A stretch of DNA of 64,000 bases, from sequence record PQ471516.1; one strand, 5' to 3'. The notes below the pieces were generated by a model. The model saw only the letters and a program-made list of their open reading frames with translations. It made no database searches and was not told where the DNA came from. A program made the translations under genes and the position numbers. Of the stretch, positions 53,512 to 63,024 are shown piece after piece. Within the stretch, counting starts at the first letter, position 1. Each line of letters begins with the position of its first letter.

Positions 53512-53921
53512 TGTTCAGTTCACAAAACATTAAGTACATCTTCTTGTTTGGTATTCTGTCATGGGTTATTCTTCCAGTACTAGATGTACTGGGAGTACCA
53601 TCCGATAATAAAATTAATGAAATTTTAGGTTTATCATCTGCGTTTTTTGCCTTCGGTGTATTAGGTCTTGGTATATATATGGTTTTTGAGGGTTATGGTG
53701 ATAAAGATGATCGCCGCCGATTTTTCATGTTCATGTTTGGTAAGATGCATTATAATTTCATCTTTACATTTAGTCTGATTCCGTGTATCATATATGCAGT
53801 GTGTTATGAATACTACGACTACGCAGGTTGGGGTCTTGAAGTGTTCTTGATTTTAGAATACATCAGGACTAAACAAAATGAATATGCATATTTGTATGCT
53901 ATGATGAAAGTGAAGGAATGA
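53511..53921 (+). CDS. multi-TM membrane protein
   Basis: About 4 TM; TAATG coupling. Confidence 0.7.
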   Translation: MFSSQNIKYIFLFGILSWVILPVLDVLGVPSDNKINEILGLSSAFFAFGVLGLGIYMVFEGYGDKDDRRRFFMFMFGKMHYNFIFTFSLIPCIIYAVCYEYYDYAGWGLEVFLILEYIRTKQNEYAYLYAMMKVKE

Positions 53922-53925
53922 TAAA

Positions 53926-54369
53926 ATGTATTCAAAAAATAAAACATTGTTTATTGTTTATATTATTATTATCATTGATGCAATTAGTAATTACCTCACA
54001 CTCAATAACATTGAAACATTTATAAATCCGATATGGTTCTGTATCAATCTTGGAGCACTTGCAGTATTCTCAGCGATTGCATTACTGGGATTGATTGCAG
54101 TGTATCTGATTGGTTTAAACGAAAATGACAGAGTTGATTTTGTTAAGGAATACGGAACAAAATCATTATCAAAATTCGTTTGGGTTCTTCCATTATGTTT
54201 GCTTATAGTGTATGATGTTCAAATGCATTTATATGAATCAGCCGTAATTTTAACACCTATCATGCTTATATATAACGCTTTCGTTAATGAGCACAGGTTA
54301 GCCATTAAAGAACACTTTATACGAATGGCTAAGATGGGAACCACTCAATTGAATGAACAAGAGGATTGA
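53926..54369 (+). CDS. multi-TM membrane protein (probable paralog of previous)
   Basis: About 4 TM, similar layout. Confidence 0.7.
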   Translation: MYSKNKTLFIVYIIIIIDAISNYLTLNNIETFINPIWFCINLGALAVFSAIALLGLIAVYLIGLNENDRVDFVKEYGTKSLSKFVWVLPLCLLIVYDVQMHLYESAVILTPIMLIYNAFVNEHRLAIKEHFIRMAKMGTTQLNEQED

Positions 54370-54373
54370 ACTA

Positions 54374-54625
54374 ATGAACGTTGAACGTGTCCAAGAATTA
54401 GCAGCAGCATTACAGGCTAACGAAAACCAATGTCAAGAACTTCGTGATACTATTAAAGTCGAGTACGCACGCTTACAAGGTCTTCTCCAGGAATCTAACT
54501 GGGTAGTAACCAAAGGTATCGAAGCAATCTATAAAGATATTGAATCCCTTTTCAACAAGAAGTCTAAGTTTGAATCCGATTCTTACAACAAACGCAAAGA
54601 ACTAAATTCAGTACTAGGTGTCTAA
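54374..54625 (+). CDS. coiled-coil hypothetical protein
   Basis: ATG 54374 with GAGGA SD. Confidence 0.7.
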   Translation: MNVERVQELAAALQANENQCQELRDTIKVEYARLQGLLQESNWVVTKGIEAIYKDIESLFNKKSKFESDSYNKRKELNSVLGV

Positions 54626-54632
54626 AAAGTAC

Positions 54633-54668
54633 TTGACCAATTGAATATCATGGAGTACAATGTGCTCC
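54633..54668 (+). promoter_or_regulatory. sigma70 promoter with -10 in a hairpin
   Basis: TTGACC-17 nt-TACAAT; GGAGTAC/GTGCTCC. Confidence 0.7.
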
Positions 54669-54698
54669 TACTTTAATGAAAAGCCAAAAGGAAATAAA

Positions 54699-54959
54699 AT
54701 GAAATCTATTCTCGTTGCAGTTAACCTGGTTGCTTCCCCATCTTTCAACTTCAAAAAAGTTGTTGCTGACAATCTGAAGAACATCTGCCCTAATGCTGAA
54801 TTGACTTTCTGTGTATTCGATTCCGAGAAACTAACAACTGTTGATCTAAACTATCTCTTGAACGATGTACAAAGTATTTCTGGTGAAAGTAACTTCAATG
54901 TAGTTCAGGAAGTTGCAGACGAGTATGATGATACTTTGGTTATCTCGGAGAAATTCTAA
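54699..54959 (+). CDS. hypothetical protein
   Basis: ATG 54699 with AAGGA SD. Confidence 0.75.
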   Translation: MKSILVAVNLVASPSFNFKKVVADNLKNICPNAELTFCVFDSEKLTTVDLNYLLNDVQSISGESNFNVVQEVADEYDDTLVISEKF

Positions 54960-54964
54960 ATCCA

Positions 54965-55384
54965 ATGCGAAGAATCATACAGTACTTAATCAGGAAATTA
55001 TTTCGTTATGAAACGATAGAATATAAAGCTAATCTTGCATACCAAATTTACATAGCATTGTGTACTGGTGATTACGCTGTGTTGAATAAGTACTGTACTT
55101 CTAAAGCAACTATTGATATAATGGCACTTCGTCTGTACGAGTGCCAGTTCTTTAGATACAATCATTATCAGTACAGATATGATGAAAAAGATTTCAATAG
55201 CATTGATATGCTAACGAAATTATGTAATAATAAAAAGAATATTCACATATCAGAATTCACCGCATTGTATTTTTATCTCAAGAGTTCATTGTATATTAAC
55301 TCTATGAAGAGATTCGATACTCGTGTTAATGCATTTGAAGGTAAAGAATTTGAGATATATGATAAATTTTTAGATAAGGTGTAA
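54965..55384 (+). CDS. hypothetical protein
   Basis: ORF. Confidence 0.65.
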   Translation: MRRIIQYLIRKLFRYETIEYKANLAYQIYIALCTGDYAVLNKYCTSKATIDIMALRLYECQFFRYNHYQYRYDEKDFNSIDMLTKLCNNKKNIHISEFTALYFYLKSSLYINSMKRFDTRVNAFEGKEFEIYDKFLDKV

Positions 55385-55385
55385 T

Positions 55386-55883
55386 ATGACTACTGTTTAT
55401 ATTGATAAGCGTTTAGGCGTATTAATGACTGATTCAAGGGTGACTAGTACTCGCCCACGAAGTTTTTTGGGTATCTTCCCATTAAAAGAAAAAACCCACT
55501 ACGGTGTTGTTTCACAGAAAACCTTGTATGTTCATGACCGTCTCTTCAGTGCAGCAGGATCAGTTTCTGAAATTGATAAAGTACTGAATTATTTAATTAC
55601 TGGTGAAAAGCTAATTCCTTCCAAAAAGCTATCGTGCCATTGTGTGTTGTTATCTAAGGACTATTGTATTCATTTTGTCCTAGTAGACGGTAAGTTCGTT
55701 AAGAAGTTAGTTTTTCTACACAAGGACTACACGTTTTTTATGGGTAGTGGTGGTGAATATATGATTGACGCAGCTTGTCATGAGGACTATAGTACTCTCC
55801 AAGCTAAAGTACTGGATACTTTTATGAAAGTAAAAAATCATGATTGTTTCAGTGATGATAATATTAATGTATATCGTTTTTGA
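55386..55883 (+). CDS. Ntn-hydrolase / HslV-like protein
   Basis: MTT start, DSRVT, AGS, MGSGG. Confidence 0.65.
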   Translation: MTTVYIDKRLGVLMTDSRVTSTRPRSFLGIFPLKEKTHYGVVSQKTLYVHDRLFSAAGSVSEIDKVLNYLITGEKLIPSKKLSCHCVLLSKDYCIHFVLVDGKFVKKLVFLHKDYTFFMGSGGEYMIDAACHEDYSTLQAKVLDTFMKVKNHDCFSDDNINVYRF

Positions 55884-55904
55884 TTTTTTCATTAGGAGCC
55901 GTAA

Positions 55905-56867
55905 TTGAAAAAGCTAGATCTAAATGCAATTGCTGATGAAGTACTGGATGAATGTTTTGCTAGTGAAGAAGTCAACGTATTAGAGGCAATTGATGCCGTT
56001 GAAGAAGAACATGATGACCACAAGTTCGAGAAGCCTAACACTGGTATCAGTTTAACTCGTCCTAAAGGTGTAACGAATGAAATGCTCATCCAGGAAGTAC
56101 GTGATGGCATTAACGTTGAAAAGAACATTGACCTTCTAGTACGTTACAACTACCCAATGATTGTTAGTACTGCTCGTAAATGTACATGTTTCATCCCATT
56201 TGAAGATAAGATTTCATATGGTGTTGAAGGTTTAATGCGAGCGATTCATACATTTGATCCTACTAAGAACGTTAAGTTCATTACCTATGCAACATCAACT
56301 GTGTATATGACAATCTATAACGAAAGTGCAGACGCTAACTACTTAGTGCACTTCCCACGTTATATGAGTGTTAACAACATTTATGTGAAACGTTGTGTAG
56401 AAGCGTACCAAAAGAAATATGGTAGGTTCCCAACTCCAGAGATGGTCGCTGAAGAGACTGGTATTGAGATTCAACACGTTAAGAATTGTCTAACCTACAC
56501 CAATACTTATATGGCATTGGATATGAAATTGAGTACTGATTCAGAAAGTACCTTGTCTGACATTGTTACTACAGTTGATCCTGATTACAACTTAGGTGCA
56601 GAAACTATCAGTATTCCACTGGTACAAAGTATTGCAGATATGATGCATAATCTATCTGAAAAAGACCGTGAGTTGATTGAACGTGTACATGGTATTGGTT
56701 CTTGTGCTGAACCAGAAACGCTACGAGAAATCATTGAGAGCGGTTTTGAAGATGAGAAGGGTAAAGTCATTACTGCTCGTTCTTCCTTGCACCGTAAGTA
56801 CTCTGATGCAATGGAACGCCTACGTAAGATGGTTAAGTCCAGAGGTTATGAGTTCGAAGATTTTTAA
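55905..56867 (+). CDS. sigma70-family RNA polymerase sigma factor
   Basis: Region 2 (D.I..G..GL.RAI..FDP.K..KF.TYA), region 3 PTPE.VA, region 4 TL.EI. Confidence 0.9.
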   Translation: MKKLDLNAIADEVLDECFASEEVNVLEAIDAVEEEHDDHKFEKPNTGISLTRPKGVTNEMLIQEVRDGINVEKNIDLLVRYNYPMIVSTARKCTCFIPFEDKISYGVEGLMRAIHTFDPTKNVKFITYATSTVYMTIYNESADANYLVHFPRYMSVNNIYVKRCVEAYQKKYGRFPTPEMVAEETGIEIQHVKNCLTYTNTYMALDMKLSTDSESTLSDIVTTVDPDYNLGAETISIPLVQSIADMMHNLSEKDRELIERVHGIGSCAEPETLREIIESGFEDEKGKVITARSSLHRKYSDAMERLRKMVKSRGYEFEDF

Positions 56868-56871
56868 GATT

Positions 56872-56931
56872 AAAGGGTTGACTACGGTCAACCCTTTTTT
56901 TATGGGACAAATTCGTAAATGGTGATACAAT
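56872..56931 (+). promoter_or_regulatory. terminator plus promoter of the putative ncRNA
   Basis: AAAGGGTTGAC/GTCAACCCTTT plus T; GGGACA-16 nt-TACAAT with extended -10. Confidence 0.65.
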
Positions 56932-56937
56932 GATCTA

Positions 56938-57400
56938 TGCACAACCACAATGACAGTACTTGTACTGATAATCTTCCCTAATTCACTTGAAAACGTAAAG
57001 GATAGATGAGCTTTTCATTGTAGCGAACAGCAAAAGAAACCCGTTAGATGTGGGCATAGTTTGAACCCCTCACGGCAATGCGGCTGTATAAAGAACCACG
57101 TTAGGATGGCTGGTGGTTCCTCGATAGACATATAAGGATAACACCTTACGAATTATCTAAGGGAGAGTTATCAGATTTTGTACAATATAGTTGCGTCCAA
57201 AATTTGAGTACTCACATTAAGTATTTGATTGCATAGATACTTAATGAAGATACACTATGTTTAAAAGTGTAGACCGTCATATGAAACTGAAGTAGAGAGA
57301 ACCAGGATGACCCGCTTTCGTGCTCTTTAAGAGTAATCTTCAATGCAATAGCTCTGATACCATCAGCGTCAAATTCCCCTCGGTGTGGGGGGGGGAAGAA
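56938..57400 (+). ncRNA. putative large structured ncRNA (~460 nt)
   Basis: No ORF; at least 10 helices (see findings). Confidence 0.6.
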
Positions 57401-57437
57401 AAATCACCTCAACAAATCCCGTCAATATTAAAAGTCC

Positions 57438-57466
57438 TTGACAGTTATTATACATTCGCGTAAGAT
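57438..57466 (+). promoter_or_regulatory. sigma70 promoter
   Basis: TTGACA-17 nt-TAAGAT. Confidence 0.7.
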
Positions 57467-57529
57467 ACGTAGTATCAGAAGCGAACAGACATCTCGAAGA
57501 GATGGATGATTAACATTAAGGAACATCTA

Positions 57530-57739
57530 ATGAATTCAACAATCTTCTTAGTAGCAGCTCTTTCAATGCAAAGCGGTGTACAAATCACTCCAATGAATTC
57601 CATGAATCAATGTATTTCTGTTCGTGATAGTACCTACGAACAGGTCAATAAAAATATCTGGATGTCTATTGACAAAGAACAGATGTGGTGTTATAACAGT
57701 AATACAAAAGTTAAACTGTTTGTTGGTGAGAAAGAATAA
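57530..57739 (+). CDS. small exported protein
   Basis: Hydrophobic N-terminus, two Cys; ATG 57530 with AAGGA SD. Confidence 0.65.
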   Translation: MNSTIFLVAALSMQSGVQITPMNSMNQCISVRDSTYEQVNKNIWMSIDKEQMWCYNSNTKVKLFVGEKE

Positions 57740-57821
57740 TAGTTGACACGTAAGAAGTTCTAGAGTATAATTTCTACATTGAGTACTGAACTAAATCATT
57801 AATTAATCAAGAGGGTTTATC

Positions 57822-57998
57822 ATGCAAGTTATCGTTCTTATTGTTGGTATCGTACTGGGTGTTTATGGTCATTCCTGGATGCAGGAGAAGTTTCCTAATA
57901 CTCGTCCAGACTTCTGTAGCACTACTGTTAGTTCTGAACTATCTAAAGATAGCATTGGAACTAAACTGGATAAAGTACTGAACGTAATTAACGAGTGA
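57822..57998 (+). CDS. 58-aa membrane microprotein (not in ORF track)
   Basis: MQVIVLIVGIVLGVYG...; GAGGG SD; own promoter. Confidence 0.7.
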   Translation: MQVIVLIVGIVLGVYGHSWMQEKFPNTRPDFCSTTVSSELSKDSIGTKLDKVLNVINE

Positions 57999-58009
57999 GG
58001 TAAGTTATA

Positions 58010-58297
58010 ATGTTTATTCCTAATAATTCTAAAATTGGAACACAAGTACAACTTCTAGAAGATGTAAGTACTTGCAGTGGCACTTTCACTAAAGGTCACA
58101 TCTTAACTATCACAGGTGAAACCGAGCGTGGTTATGATTTGGAAGATGCTGATGGTAATCGTATCTTAGAAGCAGGGTTTAGTCGTTTTGTTGAAGTGGA
58201 TAGTACTGACCAGAAAGAAACAGAAGGTCATTGTTTTGATTACCAAGAAGTTAACTCAAAATGTATCTGTGGTGAAATTTATAGTAAATGGGATTGA
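58010..58297 (+). CDS. hypothetical protein
   Basis: GAGG SD. Confidence 0.7.
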   Translation: MFIPNNSKIGTQVQLLEDVSTCSGTFTKGHILTITGETERGYDLEDADGNRILEAGFSRFVEVDSTDQKETEGHCFDYQEVNSKCICGEIYSKWD

Positions 58298-58414
58298 CAT
58301 AGTATAGAAATACTATATAATGTTTATATCAAAGGGAATGCAGTGAAAGGAAAGACAGCATAATCGTACTCGTCACTGCGTTTCCACCCTTTTAAATTAA
58401 ATGAGGAATTAATT

Positions 58415-58723
58415 ATGTTTCAAACTAACACTCAAGGTTTTGTAATCATCGATCTGAATAAAAACAGCGGTCATTGGATGAAACCTACTGACGCATGTAT
58501 GCAGTTTGATTTCTTAGGTTATAAAATCAGTGTAAGCACTGGTGGTTCAGTACTGCGTGGTGGTTGTATCGTTGAACATCTCGTCACTGATCCTGAAGGC
58601 CGCGAATACGAAATCGCAGGTTCAGTACAAGATGCTATCATGTTCGTGTGTCAGCGTGAAATGAATGGCAGTAACAGCAACGCACTGACAAACGCATTAT
58701 CACAAGAAGTGGAGGTTCGTTAA
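58415..58723 (+). CDS. hypothetical protein
   Basis: GAGGA SD. Confidence 0.75.
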   Translation: MFQTNTQGFVIIDLNKNSGHWMKPTDACMQFDFLGYKISVSTGGSVLRGGCIVEHLVTDPEGREYEIAGSVQDAIMFVCQREMNGSNSNALTNALSQEVEVR

Positions 58724-58968
58724 TGAAATATATTGTTTTAGTAGTAATGGCGTTTTTACTGAGTGCTTGTGATGCAAGTACGAAAGACCGAACCAGTGAA
58801 TTCCTTCTTCCTACTGAGTTAAAGGATGCTGGGTGTAAGATTTACCGTATGCGTCAGGAAGGTGATGGTGCAACTTTGTACACAGTTTACTGCCCTCATG
58901 CTAATACCAGTACATCTTTCCGTACAGGAAAGACAACCGTACATGCATCTGTCATCAATGGTGAATAA
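58723..58968 (+). CDS. lipoprotein
   Basis: Lipobox LSAC. Confidence 0.75.
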   Translation: MKYIVLVVMAFLLSACDASTKDRTSEFLLPTELKDAGCKIYRMRQEGDGATLYTVYCPHANTSTSFRTGKTTVHASVINGE

Positions 58969-58969
58969 C

Positions 58970-59335
58970 ATGGGATTGGACACAACTAAAGCCCAAGAAC
59001 TACATAGGCGAGCAATGAATGAAGAGTTTTTAGCAAACATTCGCTATAAGATGGAGAAGCTATATCGTAGTGCTGAAATCTTAGAAGACAAAAAACCTTC
59101 CATGACTACAAAATATTTCAATATCACTAACGACATTTGTTATAGTCCAGGTGAAATTTGGATTGAGTGGGAGTCTTGGACAGGGGATATTCTTCGTGTA
59201 CAAGGTTACTGTGTTCAATACGCTTTCGACGGTAATTCTAAATCACTGAAGGTACTATGTACTAATACGAATGATGTAGTGGATGTCAACTTACATTGTA
59301 TTAAATGGGTTGACTTTGGAGATGTAGATGAATAA
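58970..59335 (+). CDS. hypothetical protein
   Basis: Start moved to ATG 58970. Confidence 0.65.
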   Translation: MGLDTTKAQELHRRAMNEEFLANIRYKMEKLYRSAEILEDKKPSMTTKYFNITNDICYSPGEIWIEWESWTGDILRVQGYCVQYAFDGNSKSLKVLCTNTNDVVDVNLHCIKWVDFGDVDE

Positions 59336-59588
59336 AATTAAATTCATTGTACTTATGGTTCTCATGTGTTTTTCACTCACTGGGTGTGATGAAGACCTTT
59401 CAGCTAAAACATTAGCTCGCTGGAACTGTAAGATGACTGGTGAGAAGTTCAAAACAGTCGAAAGTGTTTGTGTTGGTGAAGGTAGAAGCCGTTGTGATAA
59501 AATGGTTGACCACGAAGTGGAATTGTTTGTATATGATTGTCCAACAAAGGGTCGAGTACTGAGTAAAAGTGAGTTAATTTATAATTGA
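59328..59588 (+). CDS. lipoprotein
   Basis: Lipobox LTGC. Confidence 0.75.
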   Translation: MNKIKFIVLMVLMCFSLTGCDEDLSAKTLARWNCKMTGEKFKTVESVCVGEGRSRCDKMVDHEVELFVYDCPTKGRVLSKSELIYN

Positions 59589-59621
59589 CAGTACACCACA
59601 AAAGGGATACAATGTATCCCT
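59585..59621 (+). promoter_or_regulatory. sigma70 promoter with -10 in a hairpin
   Basis: TTGACA-17 nt-TACAAT; AGGGATAC/GTATCCCT. Confidence 0.75.
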
Positions 59622-59644
59622 ACTTTAATCGAAGAGGCAAATAA

Positions 59645-59854
59645 ATGACTACTAATGAAATGCTGAAAGCAATCTGGGATAAAGGTTATGAACTGAAAGT
59701 AACCAGTACTGAGATTCGTGTATTCAAGACTGAGTACTGTGAATATCTGGATTTAGATACTTATAACAGTATTGTCGTTGAGCAGCACAAAGGTAATGTT
59801 ACTGAAAGTATTGATTCAGTACTTAAACGTTCTTTAGCGATCATTGGTGCTTAA
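59645..59854 (+). CDS. hypothetical protein
   Basis: GAGG SD. Confidence 0.75.
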   Translation: MTTNEMLKAIWDKGYELKVTSTEIRVFKTEYCEYLDLDTYNSIVVEQHKGNVTESIDSVLKRSLAIIGA

Positions 59855-59961
59855 AATGAATTCAGATTTACAGAAGATGATTGGATTTGGTATTTCTGTG
59901 TTTTTTGTTGTGATTTCTTTTGCAATTTTCATCCCTAAACTATTTCATTAAGAGGTGTATT

Positions 59962-60156
59962 ATGATTTCTTTATATGTTGCTGTTATGCTCACTCATGGA
60001 CAAATCGACCGCACCGTAGGTAAAGGTGTTTACACTACAGCAGATGAATGTTACACTGCTACTGCTTGGCCTCAAGATGAAGGTTCAAGTAATGAATTCA
60101 AATGTCTCAAAGTTAAAGGTGACTTTGTTAATCTAAAGGTTGTTGAGGTTAAATAA
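59962..60156 (+). CDS. small exported protein
   Basis: ATG 59962 with GAGGTG SD; two Cys. Confidence 0.65.
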   Translation: MISLYVAVMLTHGQIDRTVGKGVYTTADECYTATAWPQDEGSSNEFKCLKVKGDFVNLKVVEVK

Positions 60157-60640
60157 TGGACATAAACAGATTACTATCGATCATTTCCAGTAAATGTAGT
60201 AACTCCTTTAATTATATGAACAAGGTTCAAGTAGTCTCCGAGGAATGTTATGGAGTAACAACTATACAGTTTTTGGATCTCGATAGTAATAGTTTATGTT
60301 ATATATACTTGACAACCCGTAGTGATGAACTTAAAAAACCGAAATTGTATTATTTGGCAAACAGTGTTCAGACACGCGTGATATTGAGATACTTTATTAT
60401 CCTGGAAAATCTACACGCGAAATTGTTTATGACATGTACGCACTAGATGATAACTTTGTTATTGATTACAGTACTGAAGAAAAGGTTTTTCAACAAAGTT
60501 TAGTGCACAACTTTGTGTTGGGTGATCCTGGCATTCCAAAGATTTTTAAAATTCTAGATTCAATTACAGTGGATTTTGAATTTCATATGTGCATACGTTC
60601 TGAATACTTGGATGATTTTGTGGAGATTTTTGGTTTATGA
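60156..60640 (+). pseudogene. frameshifted EExFFQxS-motif family gene
   Basis: ORFs 60156..60446 and 60434..60640 join at the A6 run 60333-60338; STEEKVFQQSLVHNF in the second frame. Confidence 0.65.
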
Positions 60641-60858
60641 AACGATTTTACATCAACTACGTATGTGTATCCGAATTCTGTAACGTAAGAGGTCACACAA
60701 TCGAAAAGCAAGCTATGGATGTGTATGTTCGTGCTGAAAGTCCTACACATGCATTGTTTAAACTTATCAGTGAAGTTACAAAGTACAATACACCCAAAAC
60801 CCAACGCTACATTGGTGCTTTGTATGATATCAATGAAGTTCCAGGGTGTGATATATAA
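60637..60858 (+). CDS. hypothetical protein
   Basis: ATGA coupled. Confidence 0.7.
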   Translation: MKRFYINYVCVSEFCNVRGHTIEKQAMDVYVRAESPTHALFKLISEVTKYNTPKTQRYIGALYDINEVPGCDI

Positions 60859-60926
60859 AAAATACTTGACTTGGATTAGAAATCTATATATAATGTATAC
60901 ATATTAATCGCAATGGAAAACAAATC

Positions 60927-61601
60927 ATGTTGGCTAATCTTAAGTACTTTGTAACTTCTCCGTGGGATGAACGTGGTGTTGAACTGAACCACAAAGAAAC
61001 AAGTTTTGATGACATTGGTGTAGGTACATACATCTCTGCTAATTTTGATCGTAACCATCCATTTTGGGAAAAGTTTAAAGATAATGAAAGTAATCGTGTT
61101 ATGTCATTATTTCAACTTAAACAACCAGGGATTGTAGCTGGTTATAATGAAGAAGACATGATCAATACATTCACTAACTATAAGGTAGTTGAAGAATTCC
61201 CGTGGATTAATAAAAACAACGGCAATGCTTATAGTTCAGAGGATTATCGTGAAATGGTCACAAATGATGATGTAATTACGTTACCAAGTGGACGTCCAAT
61301 GCCATCATCAACAAATTGTATGTCTTCTTATGGTACGGCTGATAATCTTCAGCAAATCCTGAAGAAGTATAAGCGTGTTCTGGATTCAGAAGACGAGTTA
61401 GTACTGTGTATTCATCCTGTGTACAAATCCGACCAACCAGAAAGTGGTGGCTGGCGTTGGCATAAGAATGGTACATATATTGGCAACAAACGAAGTAAAC
61501 GTGGATATGAATACCTGGCTGATGAACCTGATATTGATGTAGTAATCGGCTTTAAATTTATTAAAGTACAGAGGAAAGACAATGCTTTATCTAATTCTTA
61601 G
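60927..61601 (+). CDS. conserved phage hypothetical protein (GGWRWHKxG motif)
   Basis: YG.ADN..Q...K.Q...GGWRWHK.G.YIG...YEYL..E. Confidence 0.75.
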   Translation: MLANLKYFVTSPWDERGVELNHKETSFDDIGVGTYISANFDRNHPFWEKFKDNESNRVMSLFQLKQPGIVAGYNEEDMINTFTNYKVVEEFPWINKNNGNAYSSEDYREMVTNDDVITLPSGRPMPSSTNCMSSYGTADNLQQILKKYKRVLDSEDELVLCIHPVYKSDQPESGGWRWHKNGTYIGNKRSKRGYEYLADEPDIDVVIGFKFIKVQRKDNALSNS

Positions 61602-61824
61602 TTTTGTGGTTGCAATCGTTTTTATGTTTTACCCAACCTTCGTAGCACTGGTTGTACAGAAAAGCTACCGTACTATTGGCATCATCATGGTACTGAACAT
61701 TACACTTGCTCTAGTGTCTATGCTTGTAGTAGTATCATCTCTGGCGTGGATTGATATCATTACACTTTGGTTATTTGTGTTTTCTTATTTGATGATTGTT
61801 GAAGACAAACCTATTGACTTATAA
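61582..61824 (+). CDS. multi-TM protein (superinfection-immunity-like)
   Basis: FYPTFVA...I..LN..L pattern resembling the T4 Imm family; 3 TM. Confidence 0.5.
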   Translation: MLYLILSFVVAIVFMFYPTFVALVVQKSYRTIGIIMVLNITLALVSMLVVVSSLAWIDIITLWLFVFSYLMIVEDKPIDL

Positions 61825-61872
61825 GTTACTTATGATATAATAACTTTACATTAACTGATATGAGGTATTAAA

Positions 61873-62205
61873 ATGTTAGCACTTATTTCTTCTATTCCGG
61901 CTATGGTACTCGTTTGGATTATTGTTTTTTATATGTTTTCATCTGCTAAAACAAAAGAAAAGATGGAAGACTTGTTCTTGTTGGATACAACTGTAGTTGA
62001 AGTATTCTTCTGGGTAGTAGTCATCGGAACTGTTGTAATGATTCTGAACTTTGTATTACCACTTGGAATCGTTCACAACATTCTGTCACTTGTTGAATAT
62101 TTTATTGCAATCATTTGGTTCATGCAATGTCTGTTTGCTGGTAAGGTTGGAATCTGGATTACTTTGGTGAAAGAAAAGATTAGTACGCTTACTAAAACTA
62201 AGTAA
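61873..62205 (+). CDS. 3-TM membrane protein
   Basis: Own promoter TTGACT...TATAAT; GAGG SD. Confidence 0.75.
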   Translation: MLALISSIPAMVLVWIIVFYMFSSAKTKEKMEDLFLLDTTVVEVFFWVVVIGTVVMILNFVLPLGIVHNILSLVEYFIAIIWFMQCLFAGKVGIWITLVKEKISTLTKTK

Positions 62206-62277
62206 TATTCTCAAAAATGTTAAATACTTCTGTACAAAGTAATGTTCAGAAGTATTTTTACTTTTATTGAGGGTATC

Positions 62278-62640
62278 ATGAAATATGTAATAATAATTAT
62301 AACTTTTTTAATTGGATTGATTTCTAGTTCAGCCAATGCAGTAGTTGGTGAAGAACTAGATTGTATGGGGAATGATGGGATATGGCATGTACTTACAAAT
62401 GACCCACAAAATGGAACTAATATTGTAGTTGACGGTGATGTTTATAGGTTCAGAAACGAAAGTACAATAGGTAACAAAAAAGTCTCGACATATAAAAATG
62501 ATGCTGATATAATAGCTAACGTAATCTTGATTGTAGATCCAAAGACAAGGGATGGAGATATCTATATTGTAATATATAGAGATTCTTCGAATAAACGCGA
62601 TGAGGATATAGATAAGCTTAATCTACATTGCGAATTTTAA
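62278..62640 (+). CDS. secreted protein
   Basis: Signal peptide ending ANA; ATG 62278 with GAGGG SD. Confidence 0.7.
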   Translation: MKYVIIIITFLIGLISSSANAVVGEELDCMGNDGIWHVLTNDPQNGTNIVVDGDVYRFRNESTIGNKKVSTYKNDADIIANVILIVDPKTRDGDIYIVIYRDSSNKRDEDIDKLNLHCEF

Positions 62641-62651
62641 ACGAGGTTCTT

Positions 62652-63020
62652 ATGTTAAACACGGTTCTTCAGTACATCTTAAGCATTCCATTTATTCTTA
62701 GCAGTCTTGTATCTGTAGCATCAATACTTTTTAGTATCTTTTCAGTAATGTACTGTGTATATACTAAAAAATATACATTCATCAATAAAGTAAACTCCTT
62801 ATTTGAAACTGATAGTGTACCGTATTGTGTGTGGTCTTTTAGTGCAGCGGGAATTTTTGCAACATTCCTTCTTTACAACCTGGATATTATTGACAGAAGA
62901 TATGTTCTAATTAGCATTGGGGTAGGATTATATTCATCGTGTTGGTACTTGATCTATGTTGTAGACTCGTGGTATACTACATATCAACAGTACACGATTA
63001 ATAAACAATATTCCAAGTGA
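62652..63020 (+). CDS. multi-TM membrane protein
   Basis: ATG 62652 with GAGG SD. Confidence 0.7.
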   Translation: MLNTVLQYILSIPFILSSLVSVASILFSIFSVMYCVYTKKYTFINKVNSLFETDSVPYCVWSFSAAGIFATFLLYNLDIIDRRYVLISIGVGLYSSCWYLIYVVDSWYTTYQQYTINKQYSK

Positions 63021-63024
63021 GGAT

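Noticed and set aside
58335-58385. Leader hairpin GGAATGCAGTGA/TCACTGCGTTTCC as a riboswitch
   Set aside because: Single stem-loop with no recognisable aptamer; probably a stability or processing element
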